The translations under genes were made by a program, and so were the position numbers. A model generated the notes under the pieces. That model saw nothing but the letters and a program-made list of their open reading frames with translations. It searched no databases and had not been told where the DNA came from. DNA of 56,408 bases, counting the filler, from Squatina squatina (Eukaryota): the NCBI GenBank assembly GCA_031763465.1. It is 3 parts of 3 records of this genome, joined end to end, with 100 filler letters (N's around TTAATTAATTAA, not from the genome) between each part and the next. Parts side by side here need not be neighbours in the genome. Positions count along the whole stretch, not along the records: positions 1 to 16,865 come from JARFOE010000072.1; 2 more parts are not named here. One strand, given 5' to 3'. Position 1 is the stretch's first letter. Each line of letters starts with the position of its first letter. Shown in pieces: positions 1-13,273 of the stretch.

Positions 1-689
1 CAAAATACGAGGGTACCAAATGCCCACTTGCAATAGCACCCAAATAAATAAAACATTTGATATATTTACATAACTCTGCAGGCGAGTAAAGTGTAAAACA
101 AACAGCATCATGCAATGCAAAACTTTCTCTCAGGAATCATGTAAAACACAGATGCCAAGGAAAGGTTAATGAATTAGGCAATAATAGAATATACAGTTCT
201 TGTCAAACACGCCTGGAAAATGAACATTTGGAGTTTAGAAACATTACTGGTGGTCCAGTAGTTAATATAATTTCCCAGCAAATCAAACACTATCCAAGCC
301 ATCCTCAAAACACATTCAAATTTTGCCTTACAATTATACACTATAGAACTTTTACATAAGTATGAATGTACAGGATTATTAATTACTATATTATATGCTA
401 TTGTTTGTATATTTAACATGATAGCTCTGTTTCCTGTAATCAAGTCCAAATCATTATTTCACTTTATGTACACTGCAAGTACCTCTGACTTTTTATAACC
501 AGGGCAGCCCCTGAATGTAGTCTTACATTTCTCATGTAAACAAGGTAATAACAGTAAGAGGGTTATATTATATTATCTGTTTATCTANNNNNNNNNNNNN
601 NNNNNNNNNNNNNNNNNNNNNNNNNNNNNNNNNNNNNNNNNNNNNNNNNNNNNNNNNNNNNNNNNNNNNNNNNNNNNNNNNNNNNNNAA

Positions 690-782
690 CTGATTATGGT
701 TAATCGACCCGAAACGTTAACTCTGTTTTTCTCTCCACAGATGCTGCCTGACCAGCTGAGTCTTTCCAGCATTTTTTGTTTA
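690..782 (+). repeat. Short shark interspersed repeat end (possibly Penelope-derived)
   Basis: Motif gatgctgcctgaccagctgagtctttccagcattttttgttt. Related copies occur at about 6800-7000 and, inverted, at about 37876-37950. Confidence 0.4.
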
Positions 783-3700
783 TATATATATAGATGGCAG
801 TGTTTGCAACAGAGGCTGAGGGAGACAGCAGATAAAAAGGGAACAGAGTGGACCAGAAGGCTGCTGGTATTGGAGCTTACTTCCAATGTGACAGCCAAAA
901 TGCACATATAGACATAAACACAATTTATTTACTTTAGTGTTTCAACTATGAATTGAAAGCCTGCACCTCCAACACCAACATCAGGAGTTACACTCTCACC
1001 TTTTTTGCATTTTTATATGAGATATTTCTGAAGGTACAGCATCACCATTCACTCCCCTAAGAGGATTTAATTTCCCCTATGATCTGCTGTGCACATTTTA
1101 CTGCCCAATATCTAGTTAGAAAAGAGCATGATCCAAGGATTGTAACAGAGAACCCTTACTCCATACACCAGCTGTTGAAATATAATACAGGCTGCCACGT
1201 TAATTCTCCTCTCTTTGCAGAACGCAGACTGAATAAGCACTCTGCTCAGACCAGGCAAGGTTTTGAACAAATAGCTGGTTTATTTACATAAAAGATACGA
1301 AGGGACAGTATAAAGATTGACAGAATGAGAACACATATTCTCTTATGCCCTTGGGTTATGAAAACGACAATGAACCAACTTNNNNNNNNNNNNNNNNNNN
1401 NNNNNNNNNNNNNNNNNNNNNNNNNNNNNNNNNNNNNNNNNNNNNNNNNNNNNNNNNNNNNNNNNNNNNNNNNNNNNNNNNCACCTCTTTACCGCTTTAG
1501 CATTTAAAGTATTCGGTGAAAATCGCCCCTCTGAATCCTATCCCCCAATTTTTTTTTTTAATATTAGTTTACCATAACTTTAGGTATACTTAATAAAATT
1601 AATTATAATATATGCAAATCTATCATTATTCATAAATAACAATTAAATTCGAACCCATTTTCCCTTGTCAGTATGCATGGAGTTATGTTAAAAGCCAATA
1701 ATTAATCTAATTTTCAATCCAACTCACACAATGCTCACTAAGTTTTATATATTTTTGAAGGGATTCAATGGAATTACACTAGTATAATTAGTTTAAGGAC
1801 AACATCTGCAGCCTTGTAATGTGATTCTAAAGGCTTAACACTAATCATGATTAAGTGCATGCAGTGTCACCTGCCCTTTGCTAAAATTACGTTGTTGTAC
1901 ATTTCAGGTTCTTGTTCTAAGTTAAACTACCTTCACATTTAAATTACAGTGGATTTGGATCAAATTTACAACTAATGCCTTATTAATAATGGTATCGATG
2001 ACAGATTAGTAACTATCTGTGATCAAGCCGCTTAACATCGTATTACAGCTCAACAGAATACACATGTACTTTCCTTTCCATTGCTAATAATGACAACTAT
2101 TCCTTTTCAAAGTTACCAACATATTCTACAATTGATTAAACATGTTCACAATCATTTTGTGAAATGAAAAAACCCAACTATTGGAACTAATAAGTATTGC
2201 TAAAGAAACATATAGACCTGGATTTTACAGGACAGACCTGCCAAAATTCAGGCTGCCTGGCAAGGGAAATGGGATGGGGGGGGGGCTTCTGCAGTTCATG
2301 ACTTCAAAATGGCTATTCCAAATTTCCTTCGCTGTTGGAACCAAGACCTGCCCACCTTAAGCATGGTACATCATAGTAGTCTCCACTATGTCTCTGTGTT
2401 TGTGCAGTGTTGGGACAACATGGTGTCCCAGAGGAGAGAAAGGATTATGAAGGCCATAGGACGCAGAATACAGTGACATGCAGGACTTTGAAGATTAGAT
2501 GTAATTTCCATTACACTACAATACTGTTTCATTAGGATTTGTCAGTAGTTGCTGCTATTTCCGAAGAAGTTGAAGTCAGAATAATCTTGTAAACCAGTAA
2601 TGTATTTCCCTCGTAGAATTCCATTGTTTCTATGCTATGAACAAGGCAATGAGAAGGAGAGGAGGGAAGCTCCAAGAACCCGGCATCATCTACATAGATA
2701 CAGATGCATTAAAGCATCTTCTTTTATACTACAGCACACAGCAAGGCAACAAGTAAACCTAGCAGTATCTTCTGGCAAATTGTACTGTAATGAAGTCAAT
2801 GCATAGTTCATGTTGAAGCATTTATACCCGGACGGAGACANNNNNNNNNNNNNNNNNNNNNNNNNNNNNNNNNNNNNNNNNNNNNNNNNNNNNNNNNNNN
2901 NNNNNNNNNNNNNNNNNNNNNNNNNNNNNNNNNNNNNNNNACTCCTTGACGTTTTTTTCCTTAACACAACGGAGGTCTGTACATCCGGCTGAATTTAGGT
3001 TGGGAATCCATGCCGCAAAACAAGTTTTCAGAAAGTGCAAGTTCAAGTTCAACTATAACCGCGCTGTATTTCCTTAATTCTTCGGCTGACTAGTTTGTGA
3101 TTTATTTTGTAAATGTGGCGTTAAGTCGTCTCCAATGATTGTCGAGCAACTGTGTCATTGACAATTTTTCACAGTAGTTAAAAAGTGGACTAACCGCAGC
3201 AAAAGTTTCCAGAAGTTCACAGTTTTTGACAGGCAAAAGAGAGTGCAAAAGCAAGTATGTATACAGGGTTATTCCGCTAGAAGCCACAGCCACATGTCGA
3301 ACAGCTTTGTTGTTTAGGTACTTTGTTTAAACAGTAATCTTCCCATTTAGAATAGGTAAATGTTAATTCTTAGATTAAAGGATTTTTTTTCCACGGCCAA
3401 CGTGGGAGCTCGGTATGAAACTTTCAGAGTTCGATATGTATGATTTCCAGAAAGCTTGAGACGAAGTTCGGATGTTCTTGTCAACAGAGCTATGCAGAAG
3501 CGGAGCTTCATTCGTTCCCAGTGTTGCCCTCGCATCAGTTATAAGGCCATATTAGTATTCCAGGTTTTTTGAAGCAGTCAATTCAATTTCGTGGTGCTTT
3601 CAAGAATATGTGTAACGGATTCCACCTGTTGTCAGTAGTTACTGGTGTTGGCTGTTCATTTATTAAAGTCTTTATGTAGAAACTGGTTGTTTTATTAACA

Positions 3701-4421
3701 GATGTGTTGTTTTGGAGTACTTAGTAAATGCTGATTCCAGATTAATTCAAAATACCTAAATAAACCTGCCATAATAAATACATTTCAGCTTTGGCTTCTT
3801 TAAATAAATGCTGTATTATAATTTTAGGGAGAAAACACCAACAGTCTGATTGGAGTAAAAACATCATAGGTTAAATCATCCAAATGAAAAAAATACATAG
3901 GCCTGATTTAACCATTGGTTCGAACCATTAAACAGTATTTCGAGGATCACCATAATGTATAAATCCACTTGGATAAAAAAGGGCAGTACTAATGAGTCAT
4001 TTTTCGATAACTAGGAAAACACAGTGCAAAATGAGCAACATCCCCCCCCCAAAAAAATAGGAAGTATTAGAGTGTGTACTGCGTTTGAGTTCAAGAATCC
4101 GGCTGCCAAACGCATTCTTCACCAGAAACTGCAAACGTTTTTTTTTGTCCTTGTCTCGAAAGTGTATACAGTGCAAGACTTTTCGATCCACGAGCACTGC
4201 CATCGTTTTAGAATCTCTCCTGTTCGCATACGTGATTTTTCTTTGATGTTTTGCTTTTATTTATTAAGAGCTGAACTTCTCCCATTGTTTTGTGAGTTCA
4301 CTGTATATTCTGCGTGCCGGTTAATGCTGGCTTAAGCGACACTTTAACGGGCGAACACAATAGCGGTGTCGGCACTCCTGAAAGTGCAGAAGAAAGTTGT
4401 CCCCCCCACCCACCCCGCTCG

Positions 4422-4696
4422 TCACACGTCGGTCTCCACCGCTTTGAGATTGATGGAAGTGTGTTTGAGAGTCTCGGTGCCGTTGTCTTTGGATTTCTGC
4501 TTCAAGCACAGGGATTCTTTCAGCCCTTCCTCCATCTCCAAATAGTCCGACTTGTTGCCCAAGGAGGAGGAACTGCGGAACTTTTTCAGGAGGTTGGCAG
4601 GCAGGTACGGGCAGCTGGTGGCCTGGGTCACCGGCGCCTGGTCCTCGTTCTCCGTCTCCCGGTGGTAGAAGTAGTTGAAGTTGGAGACGATGACGG
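4422..4696 (-). CDS. KCNA4: Voltage-gated K+ channel Kv1.4, C-terminal fragment (5' part lost in gap)
   Basis: Translates to [19 protein letters not shown]...[37 protein letters not shown]...KAVETDV*. This has the post-S6 Shaker motif, the Kv1.4-specific tail and the PDZ-binding ETDV. Adjacent to FSHB as in other vertebrates. Confidence 0.95.
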
Positions 4697-4796
4697 NNNN
4701 NNNNNNNNNNNNNNNNNNNNNNNNNNNNNNNNNNNNNNNNNNNNNNNNNNNNNNNNNNNNNNNNNNNNNNNNNNNNNNNNNNNNNNNNNNNNNNNN

Positions 4797-5503
4797 CCTG
4801 GAGGAGTCAAGGACAGAATCTAATTCGTTAGAGTTAAGAAATAATAGGAGTGCCATTACACTACCAGGTGCATTCTACAGGCCAAGAACTCATGGGCAAA
4901 TTATGCAGGAGCAAAATTGCAGAGAGGTGCAAGAACTTTAGAGTAGTGATAATGGGGGACCTCAACTATCGTAATATAGACTGAGATAATAGTGTAAAGG
5001 GCAGAGAGGGGGAAGAATTTCTGAAGTGTGTTCAAGAGAACTTTCTTGATCAGTTTGTTTCTGGCCCAACGAGGAAGGAGGCATTGCTGGTTCACTGGAG
5101 TGGAAGGTGGGGCAACTAATGAAAGAGAGAGAGTAAGATGAAGCCGAAAAAGAGCGCATATGACAGATGTCACGTTGACATCTGAAAATCAGGCTGAATA
5201 TAGAAAGTTCAGGGGAGAAGAGAAAAAGAAAATAAGAGGGGCAAAGAGAGGGTATGAGAATAGAATGGCAGCTGACATAAAAGGTAATCCAAAAGTCTCT
5301 ATAGGCATATAAATAGTAAATGGGTAGTTAAAGGGTTAGAGACCAAAAAGGAGAGCTTGGAGGGAGAGAGTATGGCTGAGGTACTAAATGAGTACTTTTC
5401 ATCTGTCTTCACCAAGGAAGAAGATGCTGCCATAGACATAGTAAAGGAGGAGGTGGAAGAGATATTGGATGGCATAAGAATTGATAAAAGACGAGGTATT
5501 AGA
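4797..5503 (+). mobile_element. CR1-like LINE ORF2 fragment (endonuclease/linker), degenerate
   Basis: Peptides ESRTESNSLELRNN..GAFYRP and MAEVLNEYFSSVFTKEE are typical of CR1 ORF2; frameshifts and deletions present. Confidence 0.85.
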
Positions 5504-5827
5504 ANNNNNNNNNNNNNNNNNNNNNNNNNNNNNNNNNNNNNNNNNNNNNNNNNNNNNNNNNNNNNNNNNNNNNNNNNNNNNNNNNNNNNNNNNNNNNNNN
5601 NNNNATGTTAAGCCGTGAACACTAATTTGTATTTTTACCAGCTATCACACTGCAGATGATGGTTGTATTTTTATAATCTTTACAGTAATGTATTTTTCCT
5701 TCCTCTCTTCCCTTCATCATAATAACTTGTAATCAACAGCTTTTCAACAAAAAAAAATCCACTCGTGTTATGACTGAACTGAATCATGAAGGGCTCCAAT
5801 TACCTCAGGTGAGGAAATAAACAGGCG

Positions 5828-5965
5828 ATTGGTTGAAGTAAAACCCTTTGATCTGGAGGTAATAGCACTGATTTAGTATAAAGGGGAATTCGGTTTGTGA
5901 TTCCTTTTACATTACTGATGCACTGTAGCTCGAAGAAAACCTCTGTTATGTCTGCATATATAAAG
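5828..5965 (+). promoter_or_regulatory. Putative FSHB promoter and non-coding exon 1
   Basis: Reverse CCAAT (ATTGG) at 5828 and TATAAA at 5877-5882. Candidate donor AAG|gtattt at 5965/5966, about 500 bp upstream of the coding-exon acceptor. FSHB genes typically have a short non-coding first exon (inference). Confidence 0.5.
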
Positions 5966-6478
5966 GTATTTTTGATGTAATATTTTTAACAAAGTGCTGA
6001 ATAATGATAACGTGCTGAAGATTTAACTTCAAACTCTTTAAAATATTGTTGTGCGTTTCAGACATGGAACAATGAGTATCTGTCTATAAGTCTATAATCT
6101 TTGATAGTGAAGAAATAAGAGACTGTGACTGAAGAAATGCCGTGTTTAGTATAATTTTGCACTGACATACACTGAAGTGACTGAACTATCAGTTACATTG
6201 ATTAAAATCTCCGTGCTCCATGATGTTGACTAAACATCTTTTTGGCTTGAGTGATTTGCGGGAACTATGAATGTTAAATGGGGTTTACATACACTAACCA
6301 TGTATGAAAGTCTTTTTATATTTAATATTCATTTTTAATAAGATCATGTAAAGATTTGTGCTATATTTGGCAATGACCTGAAATTGTTCAATTCATATGT
6401 AAAGGCTGGTAGGTATGCACATTTCATATTATATGCATTAATTGGACCATTTTCACTTAATTTTTTCAGATTAGCCTC

Positions 6479-6664
6479 ATGTTCCAAATTATGATCACCA
6501 AGATCTCTGCAATCCACGTATTTCTCTTGTTACTGTGCTGGATGTCTGTCCAGTCTCTGAATAGATGTCAACTGGCTAATATTACGATAGCAGTGGAAAA
6601 GGAAGAGTGTGGGTATTGTGGCACAGTCAATGTAACTTGGTGCTCTGGTTACTGCTTCACTAAG
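6479..6664 (+). CDS. FSHB: Follicle-stimulating hormone beta subunit, first coding exon
   Basis: Acceptor ttttttcag at 6469; ATG at 6479 (alternative at 6491). Signal peptide, then [34 protein letters not shown]|gtgagg, with two N-glycosylation sequons (NIT, NVT) as in FSH beta. Confidence 0.95.
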
Positions 6665-7253
6665 GTGAGGACAACCATAACATTGTCGATAGGTTGTCAG
6701 TTATGTGTGTTTTATATTCAATACTATGTGATATGAAAGATGTGATCTAAACCTATGTTACAGATGAGAGAATAAGCATTTAAACATTCATAAATTTAAA
6801 AAAAGAAACTGCAAATGTTCAACCTCTGTTTAAAATAAAACAAAAATGCTTAAAATAAAACACAGCAGGTCTGTCACCATTTGAAAAAATAAACGACGGG
6901 TTAACACATCAACACCCAAAAAATGAACTTGTCTTCTCTTTTATGGATGCTGACAGACCGACTTGATTTTTCAAGCATTTTCTTCTATTTTCAAAAACTT
7001 TCATAACAGTGTTGAACTTCTAGTGAGGACATAACTGGAAAACTGCATATGCTCTGTGGGGCGACTGTGATATTTACTGAATGATATGTTGGCACGGACT
7101 ATTAAATGCTGTAGAGGTGGATAATGCACTTAATCAGAATCAAATTACGCAGTGGAAGAGTAAGTGTTTTGATATTTATATCCTGTTATCGCTTAATTCT
7201 TAATTGTGCCACTTTTCCTAATTGATTTTTTTTTTCAAATTTTATTTTTTTAG

Positions 7254-7472
7254 GATCCAGTCTTCAAGCACTCCTTGGCCTCCATCTATCAAGATATTTG
7301 CAGCTACAAGGAAATATTCTACGAAACCATAACCATTCCAAACTGCCCTGCCAATGTTAACCCTTACTATACTTACCCAGTAGCAATAAGCTGCCAGTGT
7401 GGAATGTGCAACACGGAAACCACTGACTGTACAGTTTCAGCCATGGAAGCAACACATTGTTCCTTTACATAA
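7254..7472 (+). CDS. FSHB: Follicle-stimulating hormone beta subunit, second coding exon
   Basis: tttttag|DPVFKHSLASIYQDICSYKEIFYETITIPNCPANVNPYYTYPVAISCQCGMCNTETTDCTVSAMEATHCSFT*. Spliced product is 134 aa with the 12 cystine-knot Cys; intron 6665-7253 contains no gap. Confidence 0.95.
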   Translation, partial: DPVFKHSLASIYQDICSYKEIFYETITIPNCPANVNPYYTYPVAISCQCGMCNTETTDCTVSAMEATHCSFT

Positions 7473-7818
7473 TAAAGATCAAAGGACATTAATAATGCAC
7501 AGATCACTTCCTTTTCATCCAGCGGGTCCACAGAAAAGGACATTTGATGCACAGACACGGCATTATAACTTGGTTAAGGAACAATAATGCCCCATTAATC
7601 AATGTAACCTAAGTTAATATTTAATAGTTACAAATATATGCTTATTTTATGACATTGTTATGTGTTGGCTTGTTTTAGTACATTTTTAACTATTTGAATG
7701 AAAGGAATCTACAAATGACAAACGTCTTAAAGCATCGTGTATAAAGGTAAACAGCAATATGACTTGTTCGTCTGCAGGGTCTAATCTGCAGTGCATGCTG
7801 GTTTTCTACAATCTGTTC

Positions 7819-7857
7819 AATAAACTACAATGTAATTTATATGGACCCACAAATAAA
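7819..7857 (+). terminator. Candidate FSHB polyadenylation signals
   Basis: AATAAA at 7819 and 7852, followed by T-rich sequence. Confidence 0.5.
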
Positions 7858-8370
7858 GATACAATGTTGACTACTGAATTTCAACTGTTTTATTTTGCTT
7901 CCAATTAATAGATAGCCTTGAAAAGTCTATGAAATGGCTAATGTGCATTCAAATAAGAATACAAGAAACTCATTTAAATTTAGGTTAGATATTCGTCTCG
8001 GGCGNNNNNNNNNNNNNNNNNNNNNNNNNNNNNNNNNNNNNNNNNNNNNNNNNNNNNNNNNNNNNNNNNNNNNNNNNNNNNNNNNNNNNNNNNNNNNNNN
8101 NNNNGTAAAGGCTGAGGAGAAGGCCTCCAGTGGCTTGGAATTCAGTGGAATTCATCTATAAAGAGGGCTATTTGAGTAACATCATACCTATGTGCAGGCT
8201 TTGAGGTCAATCTCTGAGAATGTGAGGCAACTAATAGGTATAGATTTCAAGTCTACAGCTGTCCTTTGTAACAATACCAGGGAAGCATTCCTTTCCTTCC
8301 AGGCTTCAATGTAAAGAATACCATTTCTGGAATATAATTGTGTTAGAAAAGCATTTTAGAGGAGATCGAG

Positions 8371-9119
8371 TAGCCCTGAATTTTCTGGAGCGGGGCATCT
8401 TGTGGTGTGTCCCGTTAGTTAGACTCTCCACTCTTCAGTTCGACAACTTTTATGCATTGCAAATTGCTGGAAGTGTGAGCTGATAATGGCGTGAGGTCAA
8501 AAGACCGTCTGGATCCTTGATGAACGATGGGACCAACAGTCTATCGTCTTTTGAGATTTAAGGATTGAGAAAGAAACAGAGGAATGAGAAAGAAAGAAGT
8601 AGGGTGAATTAAGAGTCAAATCAAGTACAGAAAAAGAATTAGAGAGGGAAAGAAACATTGGATTAAGAGAGAAAAAAAACAGAAAGGGAAAGTAAGAAAA
8701 AAAACTTAAACATTTTACATTTAAAATATTAAAAACCTCGAAGAACTACTTGCAGGAATGAAACTCCACAGTTTCAATTGTTCCCTTTCTGGACCAGAGA
8801 GGTTGAGTGACATGGCAGTAACATAAATCATTGAAAGGGTCCTTACACTGTTAAGTACCAGCCCTAACATTCTGCAGCAAGTTTAATTGTAATTAATGCA
8901 CAAGTGCTGCAATTTCAAACTCACGGGGAGGTNNNNNNNNNNGGCCGAGTTGCTGCTTTTACGAGGCTAAGGCAGAGTGGTGCACGTTGCCCAGCAACAT
9001 ATGGCGATTCGCAACTCACAGGGCATCACTTTTCATTACAAGTTGCTGGACGACTTACACATGAACAATGGTTTGTGCATTAAAATCGCTGTTGTTTTGC
9101 CAGCAAATTCTGGCCTAAT
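8371..9119. mobile_element. Non-autonomous DNA transposon (MITE, possibly Harbinger-like)
   Basis: Imperfect terminal inverted repeats gccctgaattttctgga / gccagcaaattctggcc. The right end, reverse-complemented, resembles 16688-16865. Confidence 0.5.
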
Positions 9120-11894
9120 GTCACATGTCCAGCAGGAGCCTGGTTCGGAGACAGGGCTACAACCTGATTCTCCTGGCAACATTCCCTGCTGGCATGGTGG
9201 AATCATGGAATTACACTTCGACTGCATTAATTATATTGCATATTTTCACTGATCCAAACACCAATGTGCATACAGTTATTTATTAATGAAAATTCTGATA
9301 TCCAAATCTGTATAATACAGTCATTACAATTTTTACATGTAAATCTTACAAAATTAAACAGAACTTTTTGTAAATATTACAGTACAGGCCCAAGCAAATG
9401 TACCAAGTACCAATGATTACTTTGTGTCTTTTTTTATGCTTCAGTTTTCACAAACACAAAAAATTACTGTACGTTTCGCTCCAGGTGCGACATTTGTAAA
9501 CCTGGTGACTGAATCATCAAACAAAACTGTCAAAAAGCCTNNNNNNNNNNNNNNNNNNNNNNNNNNNNNNNNNNNNNNNNNNNNNNNNNNNNNNNNNNNN
9601 NNNNNNNNNNNNNNNNNNNNNNNNNNNNNNNNNNNNNNNNAAAAGCCTAACAAAATAGTGCTCTCACATTTCCTGGAACAAAGATTGTTACAACTGAACA
9701 TACTGTTTTTTGGATTCTTGTTTCATCAAGACACAAGTTCAAAAACACTATAATCATTCAGTCATGGAAAATACTTTTTTTCTTGAAATATAGCGGAATA
9801 ATATGGTAAAATAGCAACTACATCACAACAGTATTCGCATTGTTCTCAAAAATGCCTCAAGATTAACACTGCCACATTCTAAGTGATGCTTTGAAATAAA
9901 TATCCACTCGTTCAATTCATGCTACCACTTCTAAGATTGAAAAACAATTGGTTTCTAAACCAGATCAGCAACTCATTGTTCCACTCTCTATTTGAAAATG
10001 AACTGGTTATTAATCATCCCTTGCAAAATTTGCAAATGTAAGTTCCATGCAGCATCGTGTTATTTAGTAATATAAAAGACAGAGCAATTTAGCTACAAAA
10101 TATATCTGTGCATTCATTAAAATAATATTTTTGCAATAATTCAGCAGGGGTTCCTGAGAACTTAGTGCAATTCTTAATGCATAAACTGCATTCTAAATCT
10201 TTAAGTTTAGATGATCTCCAATCAAGGACAGTGTGAAGTTTTAATACAAAACTAAATTATTTTAAGATCTGTAAATGGAAAGATAAATTGTAAACTATCT
10301 GGGTTTTTTTTAATTTCTAGACTGAAACATTTTTTGGACCACGAGGCTGTCCAAATGGAGTTCAAACTCTCTGACAACAAATTTTCTAATTCTCTAGTAC
10401 CTTCAGTAGAATGAAGGAGACTGATGGCAACCTGTTCACCAAGAAGTATCATAGATTTTACCAAAATGTCATTTGCAATTTTTTTAATTGTACGTGTACC
10501 TTGGTTGGATTTGTAAAATGGCAGACTTTCCAAATGCAAGGTCTATATGTCAATCTTTAAATTCAGGTTCCCTCCACGGACCCAAATGGTCATCACACAC
10601 AGTGCGAAGATCTGTGCTTCTCCCACAGGCCGCATACTTTGTTCTTGGATAAACAGTGAAACTCATACAAGTGAGAGAGTAGGGCTGATGAGTGCAAACA
10701 TACAGGCCCAGAATTTCCTCAGGGCCAACTGGATTTGAAGTCTGGCCTATAGTGGCTGGCAGAAGCAGAAAGTGGAGCAGGACCCAGTTATGCTGGATCA
10801 TAGACATGTTGATGCAAGTTTTTTGTGCCAGCTCCTGGGTGCCTTGTAATGAAAAAGAAGCCAGGGCTGGCAACATGGTGTTATCTACCAGATCCCAACT
10901 GTTCCTTAGTGTCAATCTCACTGGACACAGGCAAGTTACCGGACTCCAGTACTATGGAGTGGCAGAAGTACGACTTAGAGGGTTTTCCAGGCGGGGTAGT
11001 GGTCTGCACTAAAATTTGCTCTCTAAAATTAGCTCTAAATTGGCCCTCTCAAAAGGGGCCAATTCGATTTGCAAAAATACTTCATAGTTGGCTTTCCAGG
11101 TCTGCATTTTAACCCACCCTGGCAGGGTACTTAATGGACTTATTCAAGTTATGAGTAAATTAGAAACTATTGGTGTCCCAACACAGATCTCTGGGCTATT
11201 CCTCTCAGCACTCTCAACAACTCCCTGCCATCACTATCTTAAAATGTACTCACTGCTTCCCACCCTTCAGCCAGTTTCTTATCCATTTTTAGATTTTGCC
11301 TTGAATTCCTTACGTCTTAAGCTTAAGTAACAGCTTCCATTTGGAGCTCTGTCAAAGGCTTTCTGCTAGGCTTGATGCACAATGTTGTTCATTTGATATT
11401 TCACCGACTCAAAAAAGTCAAGGGAATCCCCTTCTGAAAGCATGCTGGCAAATATCTTAGAGATAACCCTCAGGTTCACTCCTGATAATTGATTGCACTC
11501 GCTTGCCTGATATTGATGTAAGACTAACGAGTCTATGTACTGCATGCTATTTTTACATTTGAACGGACTAACATTTAATTGTGATTTTCTTCATTGAGAG
11601 CAAATGCCTGAAGTAATTAACACACTGAGCAATTACAACAGCACATAATAGTATTCTAGTAATGGCTTAGTGTAATTGAATTTGAGCTGATTTTTCCCAG
11701 TTGACAGGATAGTTAAATGAATAGAATACTGATGATTAACTAAACAGTTAAGATTTGATTTGATGCCTTAAGTGGCACAGTGTTCAAATTCAATAGCCCA
11801 AATTTTATGGTCAACAACGAACGAATGGCGTTTGCCATTCATTACGCTTACAGCTGCCCACAGACATTTTGTGAGCTTTTGAGCAGCAACTTAC

Positions 11895-11945
11895 AGTCAT
11901 CAGGTGTCTGATATAACGCGGCGTCCTCCACAGGTGTTCTGGGAC
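11895..11945 (-). CDS. Unassigned candidate 51-nt exon
   Basis: catacag| 51 nt |gtaagt. Two open frames: GPRTPVEDAALYQTPDD or VPEHLWRTPRYIRHLMT. Gene not recognised. Confidence 0.35.
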
Positions 11946-12574
11946 CTGTATGAACCAGACAAGAAATCANNNNNNNNNNNNNNNNNNNNNNNNNNNNNNN
12001 NNNNNNNNNNNNNNNNNNNNNNNNNNNNNNNNNNNNNNNNNNNNNNNNNNNNNNNNNNNNNNNNNNNNNAAACACATTTTTTTTTAACCATGTGACACCT
12101 CTGCACCTGACTGAATTGAATAAGTGAAGAGAAAATAACAAACTATATCTGTCAAAATATGAGACATTTAAAATGGGATCAAAATTCATTGCAGCCCTGT
12201 AACTCCAGTCTGTGTGAATGCTGGTAGTTACAGGATTTTTAATATCAGTATTCTATTGGCTATCTGTCTTTACCATGTTGACGTCTTCACTAAGATGAAC
12301 AAAAAAGGCACAGATCACCATGTTAAAAAGATGCTGAATTGCATCACATTATGGAGCTTCATAATTGATTTTAGAAGTGGGACCACAGGGCAGCAAACGA
12401 GTCCCAACTGTGCTTAGTTAGCTACAGATGATTTATGCCAAATTNNNNNNNNNNATGTGAAGATTCAACAACCCCCATAGGCTATTGTCCCCTTTTTTGG
12501 TGAACTAACGAGGAACCTTTCACAAACAGATACAAGGCAATGGCAGGTTCTTTAGATTTGGATATGTGCCGTAC

Positions 12575-12715
12575 TTTTCCTGTGTGTATCCCTGGTCCGC
12601 ACAAGGGCCGTATTTGAATGCGTAGACAAAGCGTGGGATGTAGTCCGAAGTTATGGCAATCACAAAAGCATTGGTGATCACAGCAAGCACTCCAATTCCT
12701 TCCAGGATTCCATAC
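12575..12715 (-). CDS. ANO3: Anoctamin-3 (TMEM16C) exon, 5' end lost in gap
   Basis: [46 protein letters not shown]|gtacgg, nearly identical to the remembered ANO3 TM segment. Confidence 0.92.
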
Positions 12716-13108
12716 NNNNNNNNNNNNNNNNNNNNNNNNNNNNNNNNNNNNNNNNNNNNNNNNNNNNNNNNNNNNNNNNNNNNNNNNNNNNNNNNNNNNN
12801 NNNNNNNNNNNNNNNTCATCGAAATCTTTGACTTAACTGAAGCACCACTGAATCCTGAGCCCCGTTAAAAATCACCCTTCAAACTCGAGTTGGGGCCCCC
12901 TTTAGCCTTCCGCATTCCAGCAGTCTGCACGCGCATTATTTTAATTCTCGACAAATCGCCGTACCTCAGCCTTGGCGGATTCTCACTACGCAAGTTTTAT
13001 TTTTTTTTTGCACAGCAAGCAGTTTGAAAAAAATCTACCACTTTGAAGATCTCCACAAGCATTTTCCTCTGACAGACCAGGAGCAACTGTGGGGGTGGCT
13101 GCACTTAC

Positions 13109-13273
13109 TACATTCAAAGACATGATGATGATAAAGTTGATGCAGACTCCAGTTCCTGCTGTGGCGAACTGCCAGTTATTCTTCACAAACTCCCACTGGA
13201 AAGAAGCGAAGATCTCCATTGTCACAAGGCGATACACCACCACGCCAAAGACCGCAGCCAGGACCAGCAAAAT
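13109..13273 (-). CDS. ANO3: Anoctamin-3 exon (165 nt)
   Basis: tgtag|[55 protein letters not shown]|gtaagt. Confidence 0.92.

Noticed and set aside
4314-4823. 169-aa + strand ORF
   Set aside because: It is the antisense shadow of KCNA4 and crosses a gap.
10250-11110. Overlapping 95-123 aa ORFs on both strands
   Set aside because: No recognisable motif or convincing splice sites; may be decayed transposon sequence. Cannot be supported without a search.
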